A stretch of 34,701 nt of DNA from a virus, in the IMG/VR virus record IMGVR_UViG_3300033998_000166, positions 1 to 34,701 of that record; one strand, 5' to 3'. Under the pieces are notes generated by a model, which saw only the letters and a list, made by a program, of their open reading frames with translations, made no database searches and had not been told where the DNA came from. Shown here one piece after another: positions 13,547-20,665 of this stretch; positions within the stretch are counted from its first letter, which is position 1, and each line of letters starts with the position of its first letter. A program made the translations under genes and the position numbers.

Positions 13547-13882
13547 GGCTTTGCCTTGCCTCGCAAGGTGAAGCATGGGCAGTGCATCGTAGAGTAATGC
13601 ATCGGCTGAGCCTCGCGCAGCAGGGGTGTAGCAGTGAGCGGTAGGGGCACCGCTAGGGAAAGTAACGCAACGGCTATGCGAAAGCAAAGCTGCGCGTTAC
13701 GATGCACCGGCGGCGTACTGTCAGGCAAAGGTAACGCTTTTGTATTGTGACGTTTTGCAACGGCTTTGCTTGGCAAAACAAAGGCGATGCCGAGCCCCAC
13801 ATATCACAGGCAAAACAATAGCCAGTAGGCGAGCCAGCCCTGTCTCCCTTGAGCGATTCTTGGTGAGGGAGAGTGATATTAA

Positions 13883-14050
13883 GTGGAAAGAAAAACATGT
13901 CCACTTACCATGCTCAGCGGGATAGAACGTCATGACTATGTACTACTTTATTGCCGTGAAGAGAAATGTGCATGGTGGGATGAAAAATCTAAAAAATGTG
14001 CGTTCGTATCAATTGCTAGTATCGCAAGAATTATAGGGAATACAATATAG
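13883..14050 (+). CDS. Small 4-Cys protein (55 aa; below the ORF-track cutoff)
   Basis: GTG lies 9 nt after GAGGGAGAG. Hand translation gives MERKTCPLTMLSGIERHDYVLLYCREEKCAWWDEKSKKCAFVSIASIARIIGNTI. The alternative start is ATG 13910. Confidence 0.5.
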   Translation: MERKTCPLTMLSGIERHDYVLLYCREEKCAWWDEKSKKCAFVSIASIARIIGNTI

Positions 14051-14098
14051 AGCTGCTCCGACCGCAAGTCCAGCAATGCACGGCGGGGCGGTAAATGC

Positions 14099-14172
14099 AC
14101 GGGAGTAGTCTAAGGGTAGGACACAGGACTTTGGCTCCTGTAGTGCAGGTTCGAATCCTGCCTCCCGTGCCA
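14099..14172 (+). tRNA. tRNA-Gln (anticodon UUG), CCA encoded
   Basis: Hand-folded 74-nt cloverleaf. Acceptor stem ACGGGAG/CTCCCGT. D stem GTCT/GGAC. Anticodon stem CAGGA/TCCTG with loop CTTTGGC. T arm GCAGG-TTCGAAT-CCTGC. Discriminator G, then CCA. Confidence 0.85.
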
Positions 14173-14197
14173 CAACTCAAAGGAGGTGAATAAGCAA

Positions 14198-14428
14198 ATG
14201 ATTGATATGTCAATCATCAAAGATGTCCTCTTCGAAAAAAAGTCTGTCGTAGTAACGAATAGAACAAGTATTGACTGCAAAGTGAATATCGAGAGCGGGT
14301 ATATTGAATTAATACCAGAGCCTATTGTTGTAAATTTCATGGATATTGATTCAATCGAACTTAAAAGCAATGGGATTATAAAAATAACGTTTACAGATTC
14401 GAGGGTTTTAGGATTAATTGTCGAATAG
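14198..14428 (+). CDS. Hypothetical protein (76 aa), AT-rich gene
   Basis: ATG 14198 lies 9 nt after AGGAGGTG. The ORF-track GTG 14186 lies inside the RBS. Confidence 0.6.
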   Translation: MIDMSIIKDVLFEKKSVVVTNRTSIDCKVNIESGYIELIPEPIVVNFMDIDSIELKSNGIIKITFTDSRVLGLIVE

Positions 14429-14432
14429 AGGC

Positions 14433-14455
14433 GGGGCGGGCCACCCCGGCCTGCC
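14433..14455. repeat. GC-rich motif GGGCGG(G)C(C/T)ACCCCGGCCTGCC, copy 1
   Basis: It starts 5 nt after the stop of 14198..14428. A near-identical copy lies at 14636-14658. Confidence 0.7.
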
Positions 14456-14479
14456 TTACTTGAAACGGAGGTAGTTGTC

Positions 14480-14620
14480 ATGAAGGGAAAAGGAAAAAAG
14501 AAACGCACGTGCTGTATTTGCGGCACGAAGCTCCAGAATTCCGAAAAAAGTATATGTGCAGACTGTTTCGAAAGATGGGTAAGGGCATTTGTGGCAGACT
14601 ATATAGCTCGGCAGAGATAA
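14480..14620 (+). CDS. Small zinc-ribbon-like protein (46 aa; below the ORF-track cutoff)
   Basis: ATG follows ACGGAGGT. Hand translation gives MKGKGKKKRTCCICGTKLQNSEKSICADCFERWVRAFVADYIARQR. Confidence 0.5.
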   Translation: MKGKGKKKRTCCICGTKLQNSEKSICADCFERWVRAFVADYIARQR

Positions 14621-14635
14621 AGTTAGCAACCTTAA

Positions 14636-14658
14636 ACGGGCGGCTACCCCGGCCTGCC
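14636..14658. repeat. GC-rich motif, copy 2
   Basis: ACGGGCGGCTACCCCGGCCTGCC, located 16 nt after the stop of 14480..14620. Confidence 0.7.
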
Positions 14659-14723
14659 CTGCTAACATATTAAAAAGAACATCATTAAATTGGAGCGAAT
14701 CAGCTTTGCAATGCGGCACTGAT

Positions 14724-14750
14724 GGGCGAACCAACATCCCTGGTTCGCCC
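14724..14750 (+). promoter_or_regulatory. Perfect 9-bp hairpin upstream of the primase-helicase gene
   Basis: GGGCGAACC, a 9-nt loop, then GGTTCGCCC. There is no T-tract. It lies 30 nt before the start codon. Confidence 0.4.
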
Positions 14751-14779
14751 GCATCCCCTTGCTTAAAAGGAGGCCTAAC

Positions 14780-17308
14780 ATGGCTACAATCGACAGACTA
14801 GGCTTAGACAACCGAATAGACTACAGAGAATTCTACCGTCAGCGGTTGCGGAATTTTAAAGATAAAGGCGACGAGCTCGTCGCCGACTGCCCTTTCCATA
14901 ATGATACAAAACAGCATTTCTATATCAACGCCAAGACCGGACAATATCATTGTAAGGTCTGCAACGAAGCTGGCAACGCTCAAACCTTCCTCGAAAAGAC
15001 CGAACACCTCACCCCCCAGGAAGCCTACCAGAAACTGCTCAAAATCGCCGGAATTGAGCCGAAAAGCACGCAGAAAAAACCGAAAGTAGACTATTTTTCG
15101 CAATATGCTGAAATGAAGAAACTACCGAAGGATTTTCTTCAATCTTTGGGCATCAAGAACGCCAATATCGGAATCTCTATTCCCTACATGGACGAAGCCG
15201 GCGTCGTAGTAGCAACGAAGAAAAGGCGTATCTCCGATGGTTCAGGGCCACGATTTACTTGGAACCGGGGAGCGAAACTACTCCCCTACGGTCTTTGGCG
15301 GCTGAAAGAAATTCGAGAAGCCGGCTACTGCATCCTGGTGGAAGGTGAGAGCGATTCACAAACGCTTTGGTATCACGGCTTCCAGGCACTGGGTATCCCA
15401 GGAGCAGGGAGCTTCAAAAACGAGTGGGTGGACTACATCCGGGACGTGCCGAAAATATACATCCACCAGGAGCCGGGCGAGGGTGGGGAGGCGTTCCTAA
15501 AACAAATATGCGGCAAGCTCCTGGACGAAGGCTACCGGGGCAAGGTGTATGTGATACATACCCCGGGCTACAAGGACCCTTCCGACCTGCACGTCGCCGA
15601 CCCGAACGGGTTCAAAGCAACGTGGCAGAAGGTCCTCGAATCGGCCAGAGAGCTCAATCTTGCAGACTTCGAACCGAGGCCCGAGGAAATCATACCAAAC
15701 GCACCGATACGCCTCCGCCTGCCGGTTGGCTGGATTGTGAACGAAAACGGCGTATACAAGCAGGAAAAGGACGGCCTGCTCCTCGTCTGTCCCGTTCCGA
15801 TACTCATCACGAAGCGGCTTCGAAATATAGATACGGGCAATGAAAAAATTGAAATTCACTTCCGGCGCGACAACCAGGACCACTACATCCGCGCCAACCG
15901 GAGCACGGTTTTTCAGAACCGGACCATCACGCAGCTCGCGGACCGCGGCCTGCCGGTGACGAGCGAGAACGCCAAGAAATTAGTTAAATACCTCGGCGAC
16001 CTCGAGGCAGAAAACATGAAGCTCATACCGGTCCAGCGGTCTACGGAGCAGATGGGATGGGTGAGTTCAAGCATCTTCATCCCGGGTGCCGACGGCGATG
16101 TTGTCCTGGATGTGGACGAAGGTTCGGCGTACATCGCGGCGGCATATCACCCGGAGGGCAGCCCCGACGAATGGAAAAATGCAGCCGTGCAGGCCAGGGC
16201 AATATCGCCGATTGCCAGATTCGTATTGGCGGCAAGTTTCGCCGCACCGCTTTTATCCATCCTGAACCAGCGCGTGTTCGTGGTCCACTGCTGGGGGCCG
16301 AGCCGCGGTGGAAAGACGGCAGCGATAAAGCTGGCCCTGAGCGTTTGGGGCAACCCCGAAACACTGCTCATGAACTTCAACGCCACAAAGGTTGCTCTGG
16401 AGCGGTTGGCGTCATTCTTTAACGACCTGCCCCTGGGAATAGACGAAAAACAGGTTGCCGGTGATAAACAGGGATTCGTGGAGGGGCTGATATATCTTCT
16501 CGGTTTGGGCAAAGGCCGGGCAAGAGGCACGAAAACGGGCTGGCTGCAGCAGTTCAAATATTGGCGAACCATAGCTCTTACCAGCGGCGAAGAACCGATT
16601 TCAACGGCCTCTAGTCACACCGGCATAATTACAAGAACACTGGAACTCCGGGGGCAGCCCATACCTGACGAAAGATTCGCCGCGAAACTGCACGACATCG
16701 TAGTTGAACATTACGGCCACGCAGGGCCGGTATTCATCCGTAAATTAATCGAATTTATCAAGGACAACCCTGAGGACATAAAGGCATTGTATGAATCTAT
16801 CCTGGAACACCTCGATGTATACGGCGCAGGCAAGCTCGGTTCGCACAAAGCGGCGGTCGCGACGGTGTGTGTGGGCGACATTTTATCGAGCATGTGGATT
16901 TTCGGGCATGAACCGGCGATAGCAAAAAGCGAGGCAATGGAACTGGCCGAATTCATCCTGGACTCCCTGCAGGATTACGAAGAAGCCGACTACGCTGAAC
17001 GAGCGAAGGAATGGCTCGATTCCTGGATAGCGCAGCACTGGGCGAATTTCGGCGACGACGCCAAGGAGCGGTTCGGCTGGGTGAAGCCGGATGGCATTGC
17101 GATACTACCGTCGGCACTGGAACCAGCGATGAAGAAGGAGGGCTTTTCACCCACGAGGGTATATTCGGACTTCGCGGAGAGGGGGTGGATTCTTGGAGGG
17201 GACGGCAGGCACATCAAACGGAAGATACAAATCGAAAACAAGCAGTATAGAGTAATATTCTACACGGGGCTCGACAGGGATGATGACGAGGAAGAAATAC
17301 CTTTCTGA
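14780..17308 (+). CDS. Bifunctional primase-helicase (CHC2-type zinc finger, Toprim, P-loop NTPase; DUF927/D5-like)
   Basis: ATG follows AAAGGAGG. Zinc motif CPFHNDTKQHF...YHCKVC. Toprim segment ILVEGESDSQTL. Walker A GPSRGGKT. Walker B-like LPLGIDEKQ. Confidence 0.85.
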   Translation: MATIDRLGLDNRIDYREFYRQRLRNFKDKGDELVADCPFHNDTKQHFYINAKTGQYHCKVCNEAGNAQTFLEKTEHLTPQEAYQKLLKIAGIEPKSTQKKPKVDYFSQYAEMKKLPKDFLQSLGIKNANIGISIPYMDEAGVVVATKKRRISDGSGPRFTWNRGAKLLPYGLWRLKEIREAGYCILVEGESDSQTLWYHGFQALGIPGAGSFKNEWVDYIRDVPKIYIHQEPGEGGEAFLKQICGKLLDEGYRGKVYVIHTPGYKDPSDLHVADPNGFKATWQKVLESARELNLADFEPRPEEIIPNAPIRLRLPVGWIVNENGVYKQEKDGLLLVCPVPILITKRLRNIDTGNEKIEIHFRRDNQDHYIRANRSTVFQNRTITQLADRGLPVTSENAKKLVKYLGDLEAENMKLIPVQRSTEQMGWVSSSIFIPGADGDVVLDVDEGSAYIAAAYHPEGSPDEWKNAAVQARAISPIARFVLAASFAAPLLSILNQRVFVVHCWGPSRGGKTAAIKLALSVWGNPETLLMNFNATKVALERLASFFNDLPLGIDEKQVAGDKQGFVEGLIYLLGLGKGRARGTKTGWLQQFKYWRTIALTSGEEPISTASSHTGIITRTLELRGQPIPDERFAAKLHDIVVEHYGHAGPVFIRKLIEFIKDNPEDIKALYESILEHLDVYGAGKLGSHKAAVATVCVGDILSSMWIFGHEPAIAKSEAMELAEFILDSLQDYEEADYAERAKEWLDSWIAQHWANFGDDAKERFGWVKPDGIAILPSALEPAMKKEGFSPTRVYSDFAERGWILGGDGRHIKRKIQIENKQYRVIFYTGLDRDDDEEEIPF

Positions 17309-17309
17309 A

Positions 17310-17639
17310 AATTCTGTATGTGGGAAGTGTGGGAAGTGTGGGAAGCCTTGTGGGAAGCCTTCAAACCCGCATGGCGCCTAATATAGAAAGTATACTTCCC
17401 ACACTTCCCACAAGAAAGTATACTTCCTTTACAACTTGCGCACACAAAAATTTAGTACCTCCCCAGGCGATATAAAAATTTTTGTACCGAAAAAATAGAT
17501 ATATATTTTCGCAGGTATGTGGGAAGCCTAAAAACCCCTAGTAAAATCAAGGCTTCGAGGCCATTTTCGGCTTCCCACACGATGTGGGAAGCCTTAAAAA
17601 TATCGTAAATAATGATACAAAAATGGGAAGTGATATATC
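17310..17639. other. Iteron-type origin of replication (putative)
   Basis: TGTGGGAAG occurs directly at 17319, 17328, 17337, 17349, 17518 and 17583. It occurs inverted (CTTCCCACA) at 17395, 17404 and 17571. There is a partial copy at 17623. AGAAAGTATACTTCC occurs twice. AT-rich tracts lie at 17445-17510. Confidence 0.7.
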
Positions 17640-18113
17640 GTGAATTACGATAAATTTAAAGACCCCTACGCCCTTGAACAGGATGTGCGTGAAAAACAAA
17701 AATGGGAAGCCCTATTCAAAATCACCACCAAGCTCTACCCAAATAACACTGAGCTTCTAGAGGCGCTGCATGCGGTCCGCATGGCCGGAGCGGTGCTGAA
17801 AAAAGAAAAGAACGGCTACGTCATACGACCAATTATCGATTACTGGGGAGAACGCTCGCTGTTCAAGACGGTTGAGGTTTACGAAAAGTGGAAGGATACG
17901 TACCTCATGCCGTTCAAGGAGCAAATCATTAAAGTTATGCAGGCATTCACGATTGCCCAGGAATACGAAAAACTGGCCGCTCAATTCGTGGGCAAAACCA
18001 TCAGGACCCCCGAAGGAGAGGGGGAAGTTCTTGGGGTGGAGCTTCACGAATTCATTGTAAAGATTAACGGCGAAGAAAAACACTTCGCCATCCAGGAATG
18101 CGAGCCATTTTAA
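17640..18113 (+). CDS. Hypothetical protein (157 aa)
   Basis: ORF-track entry with a GTG start. Codon usage looks normal. No motif was recognised. Confidence 0.65.
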   Translation: MNYDKFKDPYALEQDVREKQKWEALFKITTKLYPNNTELLEALHAVRMAGAVLKKEKNGYVIRPIIDYWGERSLFKTVEVYEKWKDTYLMPFKEQIIKVMQAFTIAQEYEKLAAQFVGKTIRTPEGEGEVLGVELHEFIVKINGEEKHFAIQECEPF

Positions 18114-18150
18114 TTAAGGTTGGGAGGCAAAAAAATGAATAAAAAAAAAC

Positions 18151-18309
18151 TTGACCATAAAAGAACGGTTAGAAAAGCTACCATGTGGATTAAAGATTGA
18201 TTTACTTAAAAATCAATGCTGCATGACAATATGTCCCAACCCAAATAAGCGGGGCAATTCGGAGGCGATTGAAAAATGCGAGTATTGGATTGGAGGTGGT
18301 GAAGGATGA
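18151..18309 (+). CDS. Small Cys-rich hypothetical protein; start unresolved (TTG 18151, or ATG 18135 via the A9 tract)
   Basis: Hand translation gives (M)TIKERLEKLPCGLKIDLLKNQCCMTICPNPNKRGNSEAIEKCEYWIGGGEG. Its stop overlaps the next start (ATGA). Confidence 0.45.
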   Translation: MTIKERLEKLPCGLKIDLLKNQCCMTICPNPNKRGNSEAIEKCEYWIGGGEG

Positions 18310-18476
18310 GCCGCATAATAGATGCTGCATGGTTCCCTAACAAGCGGGAAGCTGAGAAATACGTAAAGAAGAAAGTAGGGAAAGACAAAGGTAAGCAGGC
18401 CAAGATATATCCAGCCGGCTACTACAAGGGCGCAGGCTGGAGTGTGCGGATTGAGGAGGTAGAAGAAAATGCGTGA
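18306..18476 (+). CDS. Small basic hypothetical protein (56 aa; below the ORF-track cutoff)
   Basis: ATG follows GGAGGTGGTGAAGG. Hand translation gives MSRIIDAAWFPNKREAEKYVKKKVGKDKGKQAKIYPAGYYKGAGWSVRIEEVEENA. It overlaps the next start. Confidence 0.5.
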   Translation: MSRIIDAAWFPNKREAEKYVKKKVGKDKGKQAKIYPAGYYKGAGWSVRIEEVEENA

Positions 18477-18885
18477 TTGGGAAAGAGACTGGGAACTATG
18501 CCAAAAAGCTACGCCGGGACCGTGGGCGGTTCGAGATGAGTTTCGGGTACATTCACCAAATAGCCCAGTTGTTCATTACTGCGCAGTAGGTTATAAGTGC
18601 GATTTTCGGCGCAGAGTTGGAGATATACACTATAGTCCATATGGACATAACTCTGTAGTAATAAACTGCCAACCATTATCATGGGCATCTGTTTGCCAAG
18701 CACGAGCAAATGCGCAGTTTATAGCCGAAGCCCGTGAGGCCCTTCCGTATTGGTTACAGCAGTTTAGAAAAATTGTTGAGGTGTTAAAAGATGCCGAAAT
18801 ATACATACATGGGAAGGGGCCTGTAACAATAGACGAAATTCTTGAAGAAGAATGTAATACTTTTGAGGGGGAAGAAGAAAGATGA
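18469..18885 (+). CDS. Hypothetical protein with Ead/Ea22-like motifs
   Basis: ATPGPW near the N-terminus and ANAQFIAEAREALPYWL later. Both motifs are recalled from Ead/Ea22-like phage proteins. Confidence 0.6.
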   Translation: MRDWERDWELCQKATPGPWAVRDEFRVHSPNSPVVHYCAVGYKCDFRRRVGDIHYSPYGHNSVVINCQPLSWASVCQARANAQFIAEAREALPYWLQQFRKIVEVLKDAEIYIHGKGPVTIDEILEEECNTFEGEEER

Positions 18886-19091
18886 CAATTAAAATAATTT
18901 CTCTACTGATTTCCACCGTTTCGCTGATTATTTCAATTGTCGCGATGTGGAAAAGTAAACGTGCGCAGCATGAAATAAACAAAGTCCAGGAAAGATTAAC
19001 GCAAATTGAAAAACAAAACAATGAAATTATGCGTCAAATTGATGAGTTGGATTGTGAATTCACCAGGCATGTTAGGGACTACGAAGATTGA
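18882..19091 (+). CDS. Small membrane plus coiled-coil protein
   Basis: N-terminal TM helix IISLLISTVSLIISIVAMW, followed by heptad-like sequence. Confidence 0.6.
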   Translation: MTIKIISLLISTVSLIISIVAMWKSKRAQHEINKVQERLTQIEKQNNEIMRQIDELDCEFTRHVRDYED

Positions 19092-19111
19092 GGCATGGAG
19101 AGTGAACCACC

Positions 19112-19405
19112 TTGAAGAAACACATTCCGACCGAAAAATCAATTACCCAGCGAATTATCTCATATCTAAATCGCTTTTCCGGGTGCCGGGCAATGAAATT
19201 CCCCGGCACCATACACCGCCACGGCGAGCCGGACATTTTCTGCTGCTACCGCGGCCGTATGGTGCTGCTAGAAGTCAAACGCCCAGGTGGGAAGCCCACA
19301 CCGCTACAGGCAGCTACGCTGGCGAAGTGGCGGCAGGCCGGAGCGGTGGCGGAAGTGGTGCATAGCGTGGAGGAAGTTAAAAAGATTTTGGAGGGGTTAA
19401 AATGA
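19112..19405 (+). CDS. VRR-NUC domain nuclease
   Basis: The segment GEPDIFCCYRGRMVLLEVKRPGGKPTPLQ fits the PD-(D/E)xK core of VRR-NUC. This domain commonly partners phage SNF2 helicases. Confidence 0.75.
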   Translation: MKKHIPTEKSITQRIISYLNRFSGCRAMKFPGTIHRHGEPDIFCCYRGRMVLLEVKRPGGKPTPLQAATLAKWRQAGAVAEVVHSVEEVKKILEGLK

Positions 19406-19638
19406 CTCTTCAGGAACTCGTTTCAGCCCTGGAGTATACCAGGGAGCAGATTTTCAACGCAGAATTACGTCTCGACCAAACGGACCCGAAAGAACCGGAG
19501 CTCATCGATGCTCTGATATACGAGCTCAGGGCCTGGGGAAAGAGATACGAATATTACAATCGCAAAATCAGGGAGGCCGTGAGGAATGGACAAGAAATAC
19601 AGGGTCGAGGGCTGCTTCAGTTTGGCGGTAGACGCTGA
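19402..19638 (+). CDS. Hypothetical protein (78 aa)
   Basis: ATGA start-stop overlap with the upstream gene. Confidence 0.55.
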   Translation: MTLQELVSALEYTREQIFNAELRLDQTDPKEPELIDALIYELRAWGKRYEYYNRKIREAVRNGQEIQGRGLLQFGGRR

Positions 19639-19744
19639 AGACATTCAAAGAGCACGGACGAAAGCACAAGAAATACTGTATAAGGTATCGCAGGCGACCG
19701 GAATAGGATTCTGCATTGTGAGCGTGGTGAAAAGCGATGAATAA
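19586..19744 (+). CDS. Small hypothetical protein (52 aa; below the ORF-track cutoff)
   Basis: ATG follows GTGAGGA. Hand translation gives MDKKYRVEGCFSLAVDAEDIQRARTKAQEILYKVSQATGIGFCIVSVVKSDE. Its end overlaps the next start. Confidence 0.4.
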   Translation: MDKKYRVEGCFSLAVDAEDIQRARTKAQEILYKVSQATGIGFCIVSVVKSDE

Positions 19745-20114
19745 CGAAATGGTCAAACTCGTTTTTCGGATGGTGATAAACACAATGGCAGGAAAGAGAG
19801 AAAGAAATGAGGCGCTGTATGAAGAGTATCTGCGAAAAGGGGAGAACAGCATGGAATATGTCCAAGAATCTTGCGAGGGAATCATTACAATCGGCGAATA
19901 TGTGGAATTTATGCAACCATGGACTTACCGGATGCTAAAACTTATGCCGCGCATACAACCGTTAATAAACAAAGCAAAAGATATAACTGAGCAAATCCTA
20001 CAAGCCGCCGACGTTTCAGGAGAGGCCAAGCACTACGCAAAACTTATGCAGGAGCGCCCGCTTCCCGGCAGAGCGGGGCTGCTCCCTGGGGAGAGGGAGG
20101 ATGCGCTGCTGTGA
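19737..20114 (+). CDS. Hypothetical protein (125 aa)
   Basis: ORF-track entry. It is translationally coupled to its neighbours. Confidence 0.6.
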   Translation: MNNEMVKLVFRMVINTMAGKRERNEALYEEYLRKGENSMEYVQESCEGIITIGEYVEFMQPWTYRMLKLMPRIQPLINKAKDITEQILQAADVSGEAKHYAKLMQERPLPGRAGLLPGEREDALL

Positions 20115-20569
20115 ACTACATACGCGAAGCAGAGAACTATCTTTACTACTACCACGACCTGCATAAGAGTTTGCAGCAGATTGAAAGCCAGATAAGCCGT
20201 CTAATCGCAAAGGCAGGACCTAAAGACATTAGTGCCGTATGCTACGAGCAAGTCAAGGCCAATCCTTCACCTCACCAAGACGAAACAATCAATGTCTTGT
20301 TCCAGCTTCAAAAACTCATAGAGAACAGGGAGCGCACCAAGCAGGAATTAGAGAAAATAGACCGAATCCTGGACGAAATCAGCCAGGACCCGGGATGCGA
20401 GTTGTATGGGGAGATCCTGCGGAAGTGGTATATCGAGAGAGTTCCCAAGGAAGATATAGCAGAGGAATTAGGTTACAGCAGCCGGCAGAGCATATACGAC
20501 CTGCGGGCGAAGGCTATACGGAAGTTTGCAGTGCGGCTTTTCGGGATAGGAGCCCTGGAGATGCTGTAA
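20111..20569 (+). CDS. ArpU/RinA-type late transcriptional activator (sigma region-4-like)
   Basis: N-terminal AENYLYYYHDL. C-terminal HTH ILRKWYIERVPKEDIAEELGYSSRQSIYDLRAKAIRKFA. It is the last gene before the packaging genes. Confidence 0.7.
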   Translation: MNYIREAENYLYYYHDLHKSLQQIESQISRLIAKAGPKDISAVCYEQVKANPSPHQDETINVLFQLQKLIENRERTKQELEKIDRILDEISQDPGCELYGEILRKWYIERVPKEDIAEELGYSSRQSIYDLRAKAIRKFAVRLFGIGALEML

Positions 20570-20621
20570 AAAATTTTTAACGAAACATCGTTGAATATGA
20601 TGAAACTGGAAAAAGAGTAGA

Positions 20622-20650
20622 CAGACATTTTCTTAAAAACGTGGTATTAT
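20622..20650 (+). promoter_or_regulatory. Candidate late promoter with an extended -10
   Basis: TGgTATTAT at 20642-20650, with a weak -35 CAGACA 17 nt upstream. Confidence 0.45.
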
Positions 20651-20665
20651 GCTATTGAGTGGCAG

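Larger units (their letters stand above)
12762..13882. other. 1.1-kb ORF-free, motif-dense region (candidate large ncRNA or DNA site array)
   Basis: No plausible + strand ORF, because stop codons are frequent in all three + frames. A hand count of 13141-13320 gives G71 C30 A48 T31. CGATGC occurs 8 times and its complement GCATCG 5 times. GCATAG is also frequent. The region contains long hairpins and tandem repeats. Confidence 0.6.

Noticed and set aside
12645-13933. Long - strand ORFs (12645..13010, 13023..13520, 13378..13800, 13388..13687, 13674..13904, 13721..13933) and the + strand ORF 12884..13156
   Set aside because: All three - strand frames are open at the same time. That is a by-product of the strand-biased composition, since TTA, CTA and TCA are rare on the + strand. 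The translations are low-complexity (L/C/A/P/T-rich). None has an RBS, and they overlap one another.
15367-16572. ORFs 15367..15843, 16057..16422 (+) and 15497..15883, 16147..16572 (-) within the primase-helicase gene
   Set aside because: They are alternative-frame or antisense artefacts of a GC-rich coding region. The main frame carries the zinc-finger, Toprim and Walker motifs.
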